IMG/VR virus record: IMGVR_UViG_3300009152_000046
Coordinates: 2,425 to 66,424 of that record
DNA from: a virus
DNA: 64,000 nt
Strand: one strand, 5' to 3'
In this document: positions 9,962-19,192 of the stretch, one piece after another
Layout: the number at the start of each line of letters is the position of its first letter
How positions within the stretch are numbered: the stretch's first letter is position 1
Program-made: the position numbers and the translations under genes
The notes under the pieces: generated by a model
Seen by the model: the letters and a program-made list of their open reading frames with translations, nothing else
The model's database searches: none
What the model was told of the DNA's origin: nothing

Positions 9962-10766
9962 CTTTTTCTTTTTTTGGAATTGGGCCTTCTCCCTTTGTCC
10001 ATTGTTTAAGATCTTCCAATGCATACCACCCATAATTATCCTGCGAGTCTTGTGGATTGAGCCAAAAGGTTATTTCCTTTTTTGATTCGTCTTTCCAACG
10101 AGGTGAAAGAGCATTAAACTTTTTGCCGGCTTTTTCAAGTATCTTATGAATACCTGTATTAACTACTGCTTTTTCCAAGTCTAATCTATCTTGGTCAGTA
10201 TCAGTCATTGATTTTTTAAAATCTTCAGGTATTCTAGACACGATCGCAATAACTAGTCCGCCATTTTTAAATGCACCAGAGCCACCAGTCCAAATTGCAA
10301 TATCCTTATTTTGAAAAGCGGTTACAAACTCATCGCAAATTAACTCGTCTTCAACTAAAAATAAGAATCTAGACTCTGCCCAAAAACCAAGTACTGAGTC
10401 TCTAGTTGGATCCCAATGCGAAGACTTAGTTAACCATGAATAATCTGAATTGACTCTCCATGAATCCTTCATCGCAATACCAAACAATTTCTTTTTGGTG
10501 CGCTTTACGCTTTTATCCATCGACCACTGTGGAACCTCAAGTTCTACCTTTTCAATGATACTGTCGCACTTAGTTATTGTACGTGAGTCAATTCCGATCT
10601 TTGGAGATTTTATTCCAAAAAAAGATTTTTCCGAAGAAATACCAAAGCGACTATTGATTCCTTTGATACCCCATTCATGTTCTGCACAGTAATCTGCACC
10701 TAAATTAACTGCAATAATTTCTTTGTCATCACCAATCCAGAATTGGCCATCTGTTCCTTTTCTCAT
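9951..10766 (-). CDS. hypothetical protein
   Basis: 271-aa ORF within an operon. Confidence 0.7.
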   Translation of the reverse strand: MRKGTDGQFWIGDDKEIIAVNLGADYCAEHEWGIKGINSRFGISSEKSFFGIKSPKIGIDSRTITKCDSIIEKVELEVPQWSMDKSVKRTKKKLFGIAMKDSWRVNSDYSWLTKSSHWDPTRDSVLGFWAESRFLFLVEDELICDEFVTAFQNKDIAIWTGGSGAFKNGGLVIAIVSRIPEDFKKSMTDTDQDRLDLEKAVVNTGIHKILEKAGKKFNALSPRWKDESKKEITFWLNPQDSQDNYGWYALEDLKQWTKGEGPIPKKEKDDQ

Positions 10767-11068
10767 TATATTAAATCAAATTTAGTTCCTAACTTTTGTT
10801 CTAATTCTTCAAGTGAAAATTTGTGAAATGCGGCAGAAAGTAATTCTAGTTTTTCTTGTCTTACTAAACCTCCGTCCATTCCTCGATCTTCGAAAAAGCC
10901 TACTGTTGCTAGATTAGAGTTGAGGTCAGACACTGCTTGAGCAATATTTTTCAATTCATCCTCACTAGCATAATCGTCGATGTATTCAATAATATCATCG
11001 TAATCAATTTCGATGTCAGCATCAACGTCTTTATACATCGTTCTGCCTCTTTTTCTTCCTTTTGTCAT
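10766..11068 (-). CDS. hypothetical protein
   Basis: 100-aa ORF within an operon. Confidence 0.65.
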   Translation of the reverse strand: MTKGRKRGRTMYKDVDADIEIDYDDIIEYIDDYASEDELKNIAQAVSDLNSNLATVGFFEDRGMDGGLVRQEKLELLSAAFHKFSLEELEQKLGTKFDLI

Positions 11069-11074
11069 GATTTT

Positions 11075-11644
11075 TTATTTTAAATAGTTAATGATTTTTT
11101 CTTTAATTCCACACTGTTTTATTCCTTCTTTTGATTTAGGAGTTAACACAAAATTTTCTAATCCCCAATCTTCTCTCTTTTGCATTTGCAAGTCATCGAC
11201 TGCAACCCAATGGGTAATCTCAGTATGCTCGCGTAAATACTGCAATATTTCTAGAGTACGACACTGTTCTCGATCCCGATTATATTGCCATGGAAAATCT
11301 TTAGGTTGTTCACAATTCTTCAAATCCGGAGTAAAGGCAATTGGTTTTTTTGCGATTCCTTGTTGTTCATAATAGTCTCCCATCTCCTCAACGTTTGCAA
11401 AGTTTTTCCAGTCAGAACTAACTACGATTTCTGCGTCAGTTTCTTCTAGGATTTTATTCAGTACAGTGATGGCTTTTTTATCAAAGTCGTCGAATCTACA
11501 GTCTACTGGCAATCCATAATTTGGAGAAGACATTTTAGGTTTTATGTCAGACTCTCTGTAAAATTTATCTTTTTTCTTTGCGCGACCTCCCCAGTTTTCA
11601 GCAAGGCAAATCACTCCATCATGATCTAAAAATATTACTTTCAT
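11075..11644 (-). CDS. HAD phosphatase of the Swiss-Army-Knife RNA-repair type
   Basis: MKVIFLDHDGV, IVVSSDW and WVAVDD motifs. Confidence 0.8.
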   Translation of the reverse strand: MKVIFLDHDGVICLAENWGGRAKKKDKFYRESDIKPKMSSPNYGLPVDCRFDDFDKKAITVLNKILEETDAEIVVSSDWKNFANVEEMGDYYEQQGIAKKPIAFTPDLKNCEQPKDFPWQYNRDREQCRTLEILQYLREHTEITHWVAVDDLQMQKREDWGLENFVLTPKSKEGIKQCGIKEKIINYLK

Positions 11645-11670
11645 ATTGTATAATTTTTGTTTTACATACT

Positions 11671-11722
11671 TATAACAAAGTGTAAAAAACATTAAAACGA
11701 TTTTTTACACTCAACCGTTATA
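11671..11722. mobile_element. attC-like hairpin site 1
   Basis: TATAAC-aaa-GTGTAAAAAA-cattaaaacga-TTTTTTACAC-tcaacc-GTTATA. Confidence 0.6.
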
Positions 11723-11930
11723 AAGAATTTATTGTTAAATAAGTTAAACAATCTTCAACACACTCATCAATAGTGTCAAAACCGAACCAATTTCTTGTTT
11801 TTACTCCATCAACATCCCAAATATATTTGTAATAAGTTTCCTCACTTTTTGTTCTCATTACCTTTTCAATCTTAACAACATTTCCTGAGTTGAAGATTGC
11901 TCTCATTTTTTCTTCTAATGTAAATTCCAT
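11718..11930 (-). CDS. small hypothetical protein carried on a putative gene cassette
   Basis: 70 aa; its stop codon lies within the TAAC core of the downstream hairpin. Confidence 0.65.
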   Translation of the reverse strand: MEFTLEEKMRAIFNSGNVVKIEKVMRTKSEETYYKYIWDVDGVKTRNWFGFDTIDECVEDCLTYLTINSL

Positions 11931-11962
11931 CGTATTTTATATTTTATTGTTAATAAACTCTT

Positions 11963-12014
11963 TATAACAAATGATAAACAACATTAAAACGATTGTTTAT
12001 CATCGGACGTTATG
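11963..12014. mobile_element. attC-like hairpin site 2
   Basis: TATAAC-aa-ATGATAAACAA-cattaaaacga-TTGTTTATCAT-cggac-GTTATG. Confidence 0.6.
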
Positions 12015-12059
12015 CCCAGATTTTCTAAAGATATTATACTAAAATTTTAATAAATAATA

Positions 12060-12186
12060 AAGACCGGCGGACTTAAATGTCCCACATTAGGACCGGTTAT
12101 AGTTTAGGCTATAAGAAAACGTCGACCTCGCTAGTCGACGTTTTCGCTTTCTATCGACCTGCGGTAAGTTTGTGTTTTACTGCAAG
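12060..12186 (+). ncRNA. candidate structured small RNA downstream of a late promoter
   Basis: Late box at 12050; several hairpins, including a 12-bp GAAAACGTCGAC/GTCGACGTTTTC stem; G-U pairs favour the + strand. Confidence 0.35.
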
Positions 12187-12226
12187 CTATTATCATAACT
12201 TAATAATACTACAAGTTTTGATAAAA

Positions 12227-12256
12227 TAAAAAAGGATCTCAAAAAGAGATCCTTTA
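12227..12256 (-). terminator. intrinsic terminator
   Basis: AAAGGATCTC-aaaaa-GAGATCCTTT with a T-tract on the minus strand. Confidence 0.75.
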
Positions 12257-12276
12257 GCAAGAGCCTGACGTTAAAT

Positions 12277-13032
12277 TTAGAATTGAGTGCCGCAGCTTGG
12301 ACAGAACTTCCAATTTGCATGTTTGATGCGAGTTCCACAGTTACTACAGTAATTGCGAATGTCTGATGCCTCTACTGGTTTGCTAGATTCTGGTAAGATC
12401 TGTAGTTCAATTGATTTTGAACACCAACTAGAATAATTAGACGAATCACTGCTAAACTGTTGGCTTGACATTTCTCCTCGTTCTGCACGACCAGTCTCAA
12501 GTGAACCAACTGGCTGCAAATTAGAATTAGTAAACGAAGCATTTACTCCAATTGAACCAGTAAGATCAGCTGAAGTGTTAGAATAAAGACAGTTAACTGT
12601 AGTGCCTCCAAATACTGGAGGATTCCAGTGCTGTGGTCCGGTTGTGTAAACATATGTTGAGATAGACGGATAGTTAATCGTCTGTTCATCATAGAATTCT
12701 ACACGGAGTTTTCCATTATCCGCAATTGCTTCCTTCGCGTCAGTTGAATCCTCAACTTCGTAGGTTTCAAAGAGGAATTTTTTTGACTCATCAAGCCATC
12801 GTTCTAAGAAAACTCTTTGGCCTGGACGAATCACAATTCCAGATGAGGAAATTGAGATCCCATTCAAGTAGATCTTTGCGAGAATTTTTATACTTTTTGG
12901 ATTGAATAATTCTATCTCAAAGTGAGTCTTGTCTTTAAGATAGACTTTATCGCCGTAGTGTTTAAGGCGATTTCGGTTTACTGCGATAGTCGCAGTGGGT
13001 TGTTGCCAACCTGTAAGTGTTGTATGGTACAT
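12277..13032 (-). CDS. beta-rich protein with C-terminal zinc ribbon
   Basis: C-terminal YCSNCG...FCPSCG. Confidence 0.75.
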   Translation of the reverse strand: MYHTTLTGWQQPTATIAVNRNRLKHYGDKVYLKDKTHFEIELFNPKSIKILAKIYLNGISISSSGIVIRPGQRVFLERWLDESKKFLFETYEVEDSTDAKEAIADNGKLRVEFYDEQTINYPSISTYVYTTGPQHWNPPVFGGTTVNCLYSNTSADLTGSIGVNASFTNSNLQPVGSLETGRAERGEMSSQQFSSDSSNYSSWCSKSIELQILPESSKPVEASDIRNYCSNCGTRIKHANWKFCPSCGTQF

Positions 13033-13143
13033 AGTTTACCTGATTATTTTTAATTAAGCAAACGTCTTTATGGCGATGAAACCATTCTAAAGCCACTAGG
13101 ACTCGACGCCGACTAGAGTGTCAGGCTCTTATAGTTATATACT

Positions 13144-13455
13144 CTAAATGGTAAAAGAGGTTTCGTTGACTGGGATTACTTGATAATTAGGAGGTCCCAT
13201 TTGCTTGTCGTACTTTAGGATAAAGTTAAAAAGCAAAGAAATTTCAGCAAAGTCGCTATAGTCAATTTCCTTACCCATTTTTTCAGAAAGCTTGATCTCG
13301 TTTCCAGTATCGAGTGCAGACAAGATTAATTTATTAGGATAAGTCCAGTGGCTTGCACTAGAATAATGTAATGAATATTTAGTACCAGCATCTATATCTT
13401 CTACGAAAATTTCGTATTCATGTTTATTATTTTCAAATACTTTAAATTCCTTCAT
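13144..13455 (-). CDS. hypothetical protein
   Basis: 103-aa ORF. Confidence 0.65.
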   Translation of the reverse strand: MKEFKVFENNKHEYEIFVEDIDAGTKYSLHYSSASHWTYPNKLILSALDTGNEIKLSEKMGKEIDYSDFAEISLLFNFILKYDKQMGPPNYQVIPVNETSFTI

Positions 13456-13898
13456 CTTCTTTTTTTATTTAATAAATCCTTTAATCTTTTAATTTCAGCA
13501 ATTACATCATCACCTAATTCAATTTTAGACATCATTGATAAGTCTACCACTTGAGAGTATAATACATCAATTAACTCTTGTTGTACTTTGATTGTTTCTT
13601 CGTTATTCATCTTTTTTCTTTCGTTTATTATTTCTATTAGTGCATTACCGTGGCATAATTTGGGTGCACACCAGCACCCGAGAGTCTTTCCTTCTAACTC
13701 ATGTAAATGATCTAATAACCATTTACCGTCGCCTTCTAGAATCCACTCCTTGTATTTCTGAACGGCTTCTTCTCGACTAGCAACAATAAATTGTGCGGCG
13801 GTCTTTTTATCAGCGATATGGGTAAATGGATTCCCCCATTTGCTCGGTCGTCCGATATACACGTCGTGTGGGTCCCTTTTAAAATGTACTACTTTCAT
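13452..13898 (-). CDS. DUF4326-family protein with C-terminal extension
   Basis: VYIGRPSKWGNPF and LGCWCAPKLCHG motifs. Confidence 0.85.
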   Translation of the reverse strand: MKVVHFKRDPHDVYIGRPSKWGNPFTHIADKKTAAQFIVASREEAVQKYKEWILEGDGKWLLDHLHELEGKTLGCWCAPKLCHGNALIEIINERKKMNNEETIKVQQELIDVLYSQVVDLSMMSKIELGDDVIAEIKRLKDLLNKKRR

Positions 13899-13900
13899 CC

Positions 13901-14149
13901 TTAATATCTTTTTAACATTGGATATTCAATAATGGTAACGAACCTTTTGTCGATTTCATAATGGTGTTCCAGTACTTCTTTTAATAACTCATCTTTAGTG
14001 TCTTTACAATACATGTACCAAACACTGTCTCCGCTACATGCCATTTGCCAATACCCAATATGCTTCCAACCTAACCAGGTTTTCTTTTGAATTAGATAAT
14101 CCTTTGCTGGATTGCCACGTTCAATAAATCTTATTTTTATCTTTTTCAT
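13901..14149 (-). CDS. hypothetical protein
   Basis: Likely start MKKIKIRF. Confidence 0.55.
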   Translation of the reverse strand: MKKIKIRFIERGNPAKDYLIQKKTWLGWKHIGYWQMACSGDSVWYMYCKDTKDELLKEVLEHHYEIDKRFVTIIEYPMLKRY

Positions 14150-14150
14150 A

Positions 14151-14423
14151 TTATATAAAAAATGTTGATATCCATAAGCCAATTAATCCACCGAATGCAC
14201 CGCCAATCGCATAACCTGCCCATTGGTGTAGAGCGTCCTCACTCTTTGCAATCTTACGAACTACAAAAAAGTTGAAGGAGGCAATGATAAAATCAGTGAT
14301 GACTGTGCCTGGATAATTTACCCATGCAACAAATCGATAGTTGATAACGAGTAGCAAATACAAGAGTAACTGTATTGCAAAAAAGAGGAAAAATTCCTTG
14401 AGTTTAATTTTATTGATTTTCAT
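14151..14423 (-). CDS. small membrane protein
   Basis: Three hydrophobic segments. Confidence 0.65.
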   Translation of the reverse strand: MKINKIKLKEFFLFFAIQLLLYLLLVINYRFVAWVNYPGTVITDFIIASFNFFVVRKIAKSEDALHQWAGYAIGGAFGGLIGLWISTFFI

Positions 14424-14859
14424 ATTGTAGTCTTTCGTCGGCGTTTAATAAGCCTTTGCCGTATTTTTCAATTCGCTTATTATATCTTTCTTTTACATAG
14501 TCATGGATTCGTAATGAATTTCCTTCGTCATCAATACGTACAAACTTAATATTGGTGTGTACAACTACACTTTGTTTACCTGTGTAGACATTGTGCTTAC
14601 GAACTTCAAGATAAACCGTCACTGAAGTATTACCAAATTCAAAAATGTTACCGTATACTTTAAGGATATTACCAACTTTTACTGGATGCTTAAAGATAAG
14701 CTCGTCAATTTTTAGAGTGACGACACGTTGAGTGTCGCAAATTTGAGAAACATAAGAAGCTGCAGCATCATCAATAAGAGATAAGATAGTTCCACCGAAC
14801 ATATTATCATGCACTCCAATATCACTCTTCTTACAGATATACGTAGTAATTAATTCCAT
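14410..14859 (-). CDS. hotdog-fold acyl-CoA thioesterase
   Basis: NMFGGTILSLIDDAAA, FKHPVKVG and GNTSV motifs. Confidence 0.85.
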   Translation of the reverse strand: MELITTYICKKSDIGVHDNMFGGTILSLIDDAAASYVSQICDTQRVVTLKIDELIFKHPVKVGNILKVYGNIFEFGNTSVTVYLEVRKHNVYTGKQSVVVHTNIKFVRIDDEGNSLRIHDYVKERYNKRIEKYGKGLLNADERLQYENQ

Positions 14860-15500
14860 TAGCTTTGAATATTTGATTCAAATGATTTGTTTTGTGCAAT
14901 CTGATTAAAAGGTAAAACCACTCTAATGTTATACTTGCCAGATTGATTATGGTTATAACTCATGTGCTGAATTATTTTTGCATAAAAATTATCCATTTCC
15001 ATGCCAGAGCCATCTGCCATATTGATAATATCATCAAATACTTTGCTCTTTACTGCATATGCGTGTAAACACACAATCTGATTTCTAAAAAACGGTTCAA
15101 TTAGTCCACCGAAATAGAGCACGTCCCAATCATGTAGAATTTCTTGGTTTTGAGTGAGCAGCTGATTTGGATCTTGCAAAAAAGTAATATCGTCCTCTAA
15201 AATAAGAACTCTCTCATAACCTCGAGTTTTCGCTAATTCAATACACTTAAGCTGTGCAGCTTTACAGCCTAACTGACCTAGTCGATATTTCATATCGCCC
15301 TTTATAAAATTACGATATAACTTAGGCGATGGTAATTCAGTAAGTTGTACTCCTTCTACTCGTTCAAAATTTTTAATTCTAAACTGGTTAAACTGTGTAA
15401 GGATATGCTCATTGCGGGCAACATCCTTACTCATATTGATATAAAAAATTCTATCGAAATAAGAGTCTAATGTTATTCTAGGATAGGTAAAATCAGCCAT
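14859..15500 (-). CDS. glycosyltransferase family 25
   Basis: IFYINM..R, GQLGC and LILEDD motifs. Confidence 0.8.
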   Translation of the reverse strand: MADFTYPRITLDSYFDRIFYINMSKDVARNEHILTQFNQFRIKNFERVEGVQLTELPSPKLYRNFIKGDMKYRLGQLGCKAAQLKCIELAKTRGYERVLILEDDITFLQDPNQLLTQNQEILHDWDVLYFGGLIEPFFRNQIVCLHAYAVKSKVFDDIINMADGSGMEMDNFYAKIIQHMSYNHNQSGKYNIRVVLPFNQIAQNKSFESNIQS

Positions 15501-15503
15501 TAC

Positions 15504-15734
15504 TTATAGCGAGAGCAAATTAATTTCTCTTTTCCAAATAAGTTCTTCGCCACACCAGATTTCAATAACTTTTTGATCAGTCTTCGCATGGTTAGCATAC
15601 GCAGCGACATTTTTAATTTTATCATATACACGTCGTTCTCCGTTGCTATGGACTAGAGTCACAACATCTCCTCCTGGAGTTAAGCTAAGATCGTTTTTTC
15701 TGTGTGAGTCGTTTACTATAATTTTTCTAGGCAT
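15504..15734 (-). CDS. hypothetical protein
   Basis: 76-aa ORF within an operon. Confidence 0.6.
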   Translation of the reverse strand: MPRKIIVNDSHRKNDLSLTPGGDVVTLVHSNGERRVYDKIKNVAAYANHAKTDQKVIEIWCGEELIWKREINLLSL

Positions 15735-15744
15735 ATTGTTTGAG

Positions 15745-16206
15745 TTATTTTTTTACGGTATGTTCTATGTTAACTCGGATGCAAGTTTGAGGTTGGGCTT
15801 CATTCATTAAAAAATTATTAATGTATCCCATGATATTTGCAGAGCCGATTGGGTTTGCGGAATGAGTTACGACGATTGGGAAACGGACAATTGACTCTTT
15901 TTTTTCCGGTCTAGATTTTCCTTGCCATTCTGGATTAGTTGTATAAAATTGACGAACTAACCATTTAGCACTGTCCATGCCAGTAGATTCAGTAATATTT
16001 ACATAGTCCAGTTTATAGTGTGGACTTACATTAGTGAAGTATTCATGCATTGCCGAATCATCAAGATCGTGATCCAGGGAGATCATTTGAATATTTTCCA
16101 AGCCCAATTCAACAACTTTTGATACTAATTCATCATGCGTCCTAACTACGATCCAGTCATGGTCAACCGGAGTTCTAACATCGTCTAAATATATTCTATT
16201 TTTCAT
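15745..16206 (-). CDS. cyclic-phosphate-processing receiver domain protein
   Basis: IYLDDVR, ISLDHDL, TGMD and HSANPIG motifs. Confidence 0.8.
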   Translation of the reverse strand: MKNRIYLDDVRTPVDHDWIVVRTHDELVSKVVELGLENIQMISLDHDLDDSAMHEYFTNVSPHYKLDYVNITESTGMDSAKWLVRQFYTTNPEWQGKSRPEKKESIVRFPIVVTHSANPIGSANIMGYINNFLMNEAQPQTCIRVNIEHTVKK

Positions 16207-16313
16207 TATCGTGTAATATAATTAATTGTTTGATTTAATAATACTATATTGAACCATAATATTAAAATTTGGTGGCTACTTTATTGATAAATAACTAAAA
16301 ATAACTTACTGAC

Positions 16314-16940
16314 ATGCCAGGAAGAATTCTAAACTTTTCAGAGTTTTTTGGTAAATATTCTAAAGATACTGAAAAGAATCTAGACGATTTTACTAATGCT
16401 GCATCTAACTTCGAAGAAGGATTTGATGACGAAACATACAATCAAAATCAAATTGGACCAAATCGCCCAGTTGCTGGTGGAACTGAAGTAACACCTCCTC
16501 AACCTGGTGAAACAGGTTCACCAAAATTTACATCACAACCTGATACTGAAATGAATGCTCCAGAAGAGGAAGAATTAGAAGAGACTCCTGCGGAACAATC
16601 TGCTGAAGAGACTGAAGAGGCACCTGAAGCTCCAGAAGAAGAGGAAGGAGATGAAACTCCTGAGCCAGAAATGGGAGCAAATCCTGAAGAAAGTAAAGAA
16701 GGTGAAGAAAAAGTAGAAGAATCACGATTAGTAAAAGGATTTCATCAATTTATTTCAGAATCCTACCATGATGCTGATTATTTGAGCGACGATTGGAACG
16801 AAGAGGAAGAAGATGAAGATTGGAAAGAAGATCGTTTTGATGATGGAGACGATACTGAAATTTACGACAAGCACGGATACTGTGAAGACTGTGGAGAACC
16901 AAATGATGAGTTTGGATCAACTTGCGGTTGTAACATGTAA
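16314..16940 (+). CDS. very acidic late protein with C-terminal Cys cluster
   Basis: Late promoter at 16287; ILNFSEFF and VKGFHQFISE motifs; CEDCG...CGC. Confidence 0.65.
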   Translation: MPGRILNFSEFFGKYSKDTEKNLDDFTNAASNFEEGFDDETYNQNQIGPNRPVAGGTEVTPPQPGETGSPKFTSQPDTEMNAPEEEELEETPAEQSAEETEEAPEAPEEEEGDETPEPEMGANPEESKEGEEKVEESRLVKGFHQFISESYHDADYLSDDWNEEEEDEDWKEDRFDDGDDTEIYDKHGYCEDCGEPNDEFGSTCGCNM

Positions 16941-16960
16941 AAACTACTAATTGTAAAGAG

Positions 16961-17554
16961 ATGACTGAAATTATAATTGCTTTCTTGACAGGTATATTGG
17001 GCCCAATCGTGGTTCTACTAGTCAAGCATATATTAAACACGAGAAAAACTCCAGATCTTATTGCAGAAGCAGTAAACAATGCAAATGTGATTAATGACGA
17101 GATTGAAAAGATTATGGAGGAGTTTACTCCAGACAGAGTATGGATTGCACAATTCCATAATGGAGGTCACTATTATCCAACTGGCAAATCTATCCAAAAA
17201 TTTAGCATCTTCTTTGAACAAGTAAAGCATGCTAAAGATACTACTCGTGATAATTTTCAAAATATCCCAGTAAACCTATTTAGTAAATCATTTAGCCGAG
17301 TTTTAACTCACGATTATCTAGCTATCCACGATTTTAAAGACGAGACTCTTGCTACATATGGCTTAAAATATATTGCAGAAGAAAATGGAACTAAGAGTTC
17401 CTACATATTTGCAATCAGAACCGTTGAAAATAGACTAATTGGATTACTTGGAATTGACTATACTACTAGAAAAAAGACGCTAGACTCTGAAGATATTATT
17501 GAGCTACGTTTAGAAGCAACTAAACTTGGCGGAGTCCTAATGAGTCAATTATAA
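16961..17554 (+). CDS. N-terminal TM plus GAF-like domain protein; holin candidate
   Basis: Single TM helix, then DRVWIAQFHNG...IGLLGIDY GAF-like strands. Confidence 0.55.
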   Translation: MTEIIIAFLTGILGPIVVLLVKHILNTRKTPDLIAEAVNNANVINDEIEKIMEEFTPDRVWIAQFHNGGHYYPTGKSIQKFSIFFEQVKHAKDTTRDNFQNIPVNLFSKSFSRVLTHDYLAIHDFKDETLATYGLKYIAEENGTKSSYIFAIRTVENRLIGLLGIDYTTRKKTLDSEDIIELRLEATKLGGVLMSQL

Positions 17555-17703
17555 TGAAGAAGCTGGTCGAAAACTTCCTCGAATTTATTCAAACAGCTAA
17601 GGTTGCACAGGAGCCTGAGTCCTTCAGAATATACAGTGCAAATCCTAGAAAGAAATCTCGTAAATTAGCGATTGCTCGATACGCAAAGAAGTGTAAAGCT
17701 TAA
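17554..17703 (+). CDS. unannotated 49-aa basic protein
   Basis: TAATG overlap with the upstream gene; MKKLVENFLEFIQ...KKCKA. Confidence 0.55.
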   Translation: MKKLVENFLEFIQTAKVAQEPESFRIYSANPRKKSRKLAIARYAKKCKA

Positions 17704-17969
17704 TCTTCATCGTCATCATACTGATCATCAAAATCATCATTTATAAATCCTGGACTGGACACAGTACGAATGCCAGCGTCTTCCCAGTTAAGTAAGACGT
17801 CATCTAATTCATCAGTAACCATCGTTAGAATCTGTATATTTTCCCTAACTGTGCCATCAGAATAGGTCAGTATTTTTACCTTGATTGCATCAAGCTTCTT
17901 CAATATTGTAGTTTCAAGTTCCTTTCGAACTGCTTGATACTTTTCGATTTGAGAGTTATCCATTTTCAT
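17700..17969 (-). CDS. hypothetical protein with acidic tail
   Basis: 89 aa; AAACC-17-TATAAT promoter upstream. Confidence 0.65.
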   Translation of the reverse strand: MKMDNSQIEKYQAVRKELETTILKKLDAIKVKILTYSDGTVRENIQILTMVTDELDDVLLNWEDAGIRTVSSPGFINDDFDDQYDDDED

Positions 17970-18063
17970 ATATTACTTATTACTTATTATATTACACAAT
18001 CTGCGATTGGTTTCTAAATAAATAAACTAAAGAGTTTCTAACTTATTAAAATAACGAACAAGA

Positions 18064-18522
18064 ATGAAAAACTACAAAAACCTTAGAAGAATTTACGAGG
18101 ACGGTATTCCAGCAACTCCAGCTATTGATGCTGCTGACGCTCAAGAACTTGGAATGCAACCTGAAATGGCACATAATCAAGAAATGCCTGAAATGCCAAT
18201 TGATTATCCAGCACAACAGCTTGCACTTCCAGCAGAAGGTCAAACCTCTGCTGCGCCAGATCCAATGACAATGACTGTTGGAGATTTCTTAGGTAAATGT
18301 AAGGAAGTTGACCCATTAGTATGTATGGGAATCCAATCATTTATTGATAAAAATATGCATGCGTTTAGCGCACCAGCTCAACCAGCAGCAATGCCAGGAA
18401 TGGAAGCAGAACCAGATTTAACTTTCTCAAATGCAGTTGCACCAGAAGGACACATGACTCCTGCTCCAGTACCAGCATTTTCGTTAGACCAATCACCTGA
18501 AACTTTAAATTTTCCAGGTTAA
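18064..18522 (+). CDS. Pro/Ala/Met-rich late protein
   Basis: Late promoter at 18018. Confidence 0.65.
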   Translation: MKNYKNLRRIYEDGIPATPAIDAADAQELGMQPEMAHNQEMPEMPIDYPAQQLALPAEGQTSAAPDPMTMTVGDFLGKCKEVDPLVCMGIQSFIDKNMHAFSAPAQPAAMPGMEAEPDLTFSNAVAPEGHMTPAPVPAFSLDQSPETLNFPG

Positions 18523-18525
18523 TCG

Positions 18526-18807
18526 ATGGTAAGAAACTTTAATACTTACTTAGTTGAAGTAATGGGTGCAGACTCAATGGAAAGGGATCCAGCGGATATT
18601 ATACTTAGTCCAGATACTAAACGGGCTAGTGTAATGTCATTTTATGCAGGTTCATCTGGTACAATTCCTACTCATTGGAATAATTCTCCATTCTTAACTG
18701 GCGGTAGATTAACCAGTGCCTTTGGATTAAACCCAAGTAAGGTAAAGAAAAAGAGTGTACTCTCTTACCGCGAGTTCATACAGACAACTAAAGGATTTTC
18801 AAAATAA
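18526..18807 (+). CDS. hypothetical late protein
   Basis: VRNFNTYLVE and VLSYREFIQ motifs. Confidence 0.6.
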   Translation: MVRNFNTYLVEVMGADSMERDPADIILSPDTKRASVMSFYAGSSGTIPTHWNNSPFLTGGRLTSAFGLNPSKVKKKSVLSYREFIQTTKGFSK

Positions 18808-18826
18808 ATAATAAAAAGAAATTACA

Positions 18827-19192
18827 ATGGGATCACATATTGCAAGCTTTAAGAAATTCATGAAATCTGAAGAAAAGAAAGCAGAAGAGATTGGAGCTGC
18901 ACCAATGGTCGACGAACAAGCCGCACCAGGTGCAGGAGATAATATTGGCGGACCCACTACTCCAGCGGCAACACCTCCAGCTGCACCAGTAGTTGTAAGT
19001 GTTGAGGCAAACCCAGCAGTAATCGCAGCTCGGCAAGCAGCAGCGGCAGCCGTTGCAAACCGAGATAAAGTAGTTGCAGCAAAACAAGCAGAACTTGATA
19101 AACTTAAAACTGACCAAGACACTTTCGTAAATACTGCAAACACAAACTTAAATAAAGCTTTACAGGATGCTGGAAAAGCAACCACCACATAA
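18827..19192 (+). CDS. Ala-rich late protein
   Basis: Late promoter at 18804; IASFKKFMKSE motif. Confidence 0.65.
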   Translation: MGSHIASFKKFMKSEEKKAEEIGAAPMVDEQAAPGAGDNIGGPTTPAATPPAAPVVVSVEANPAVIAARQAAAAAVANRDKVVAAKQAELDKLKTDQDTFVNTANTNLNKALQDAGKATTT

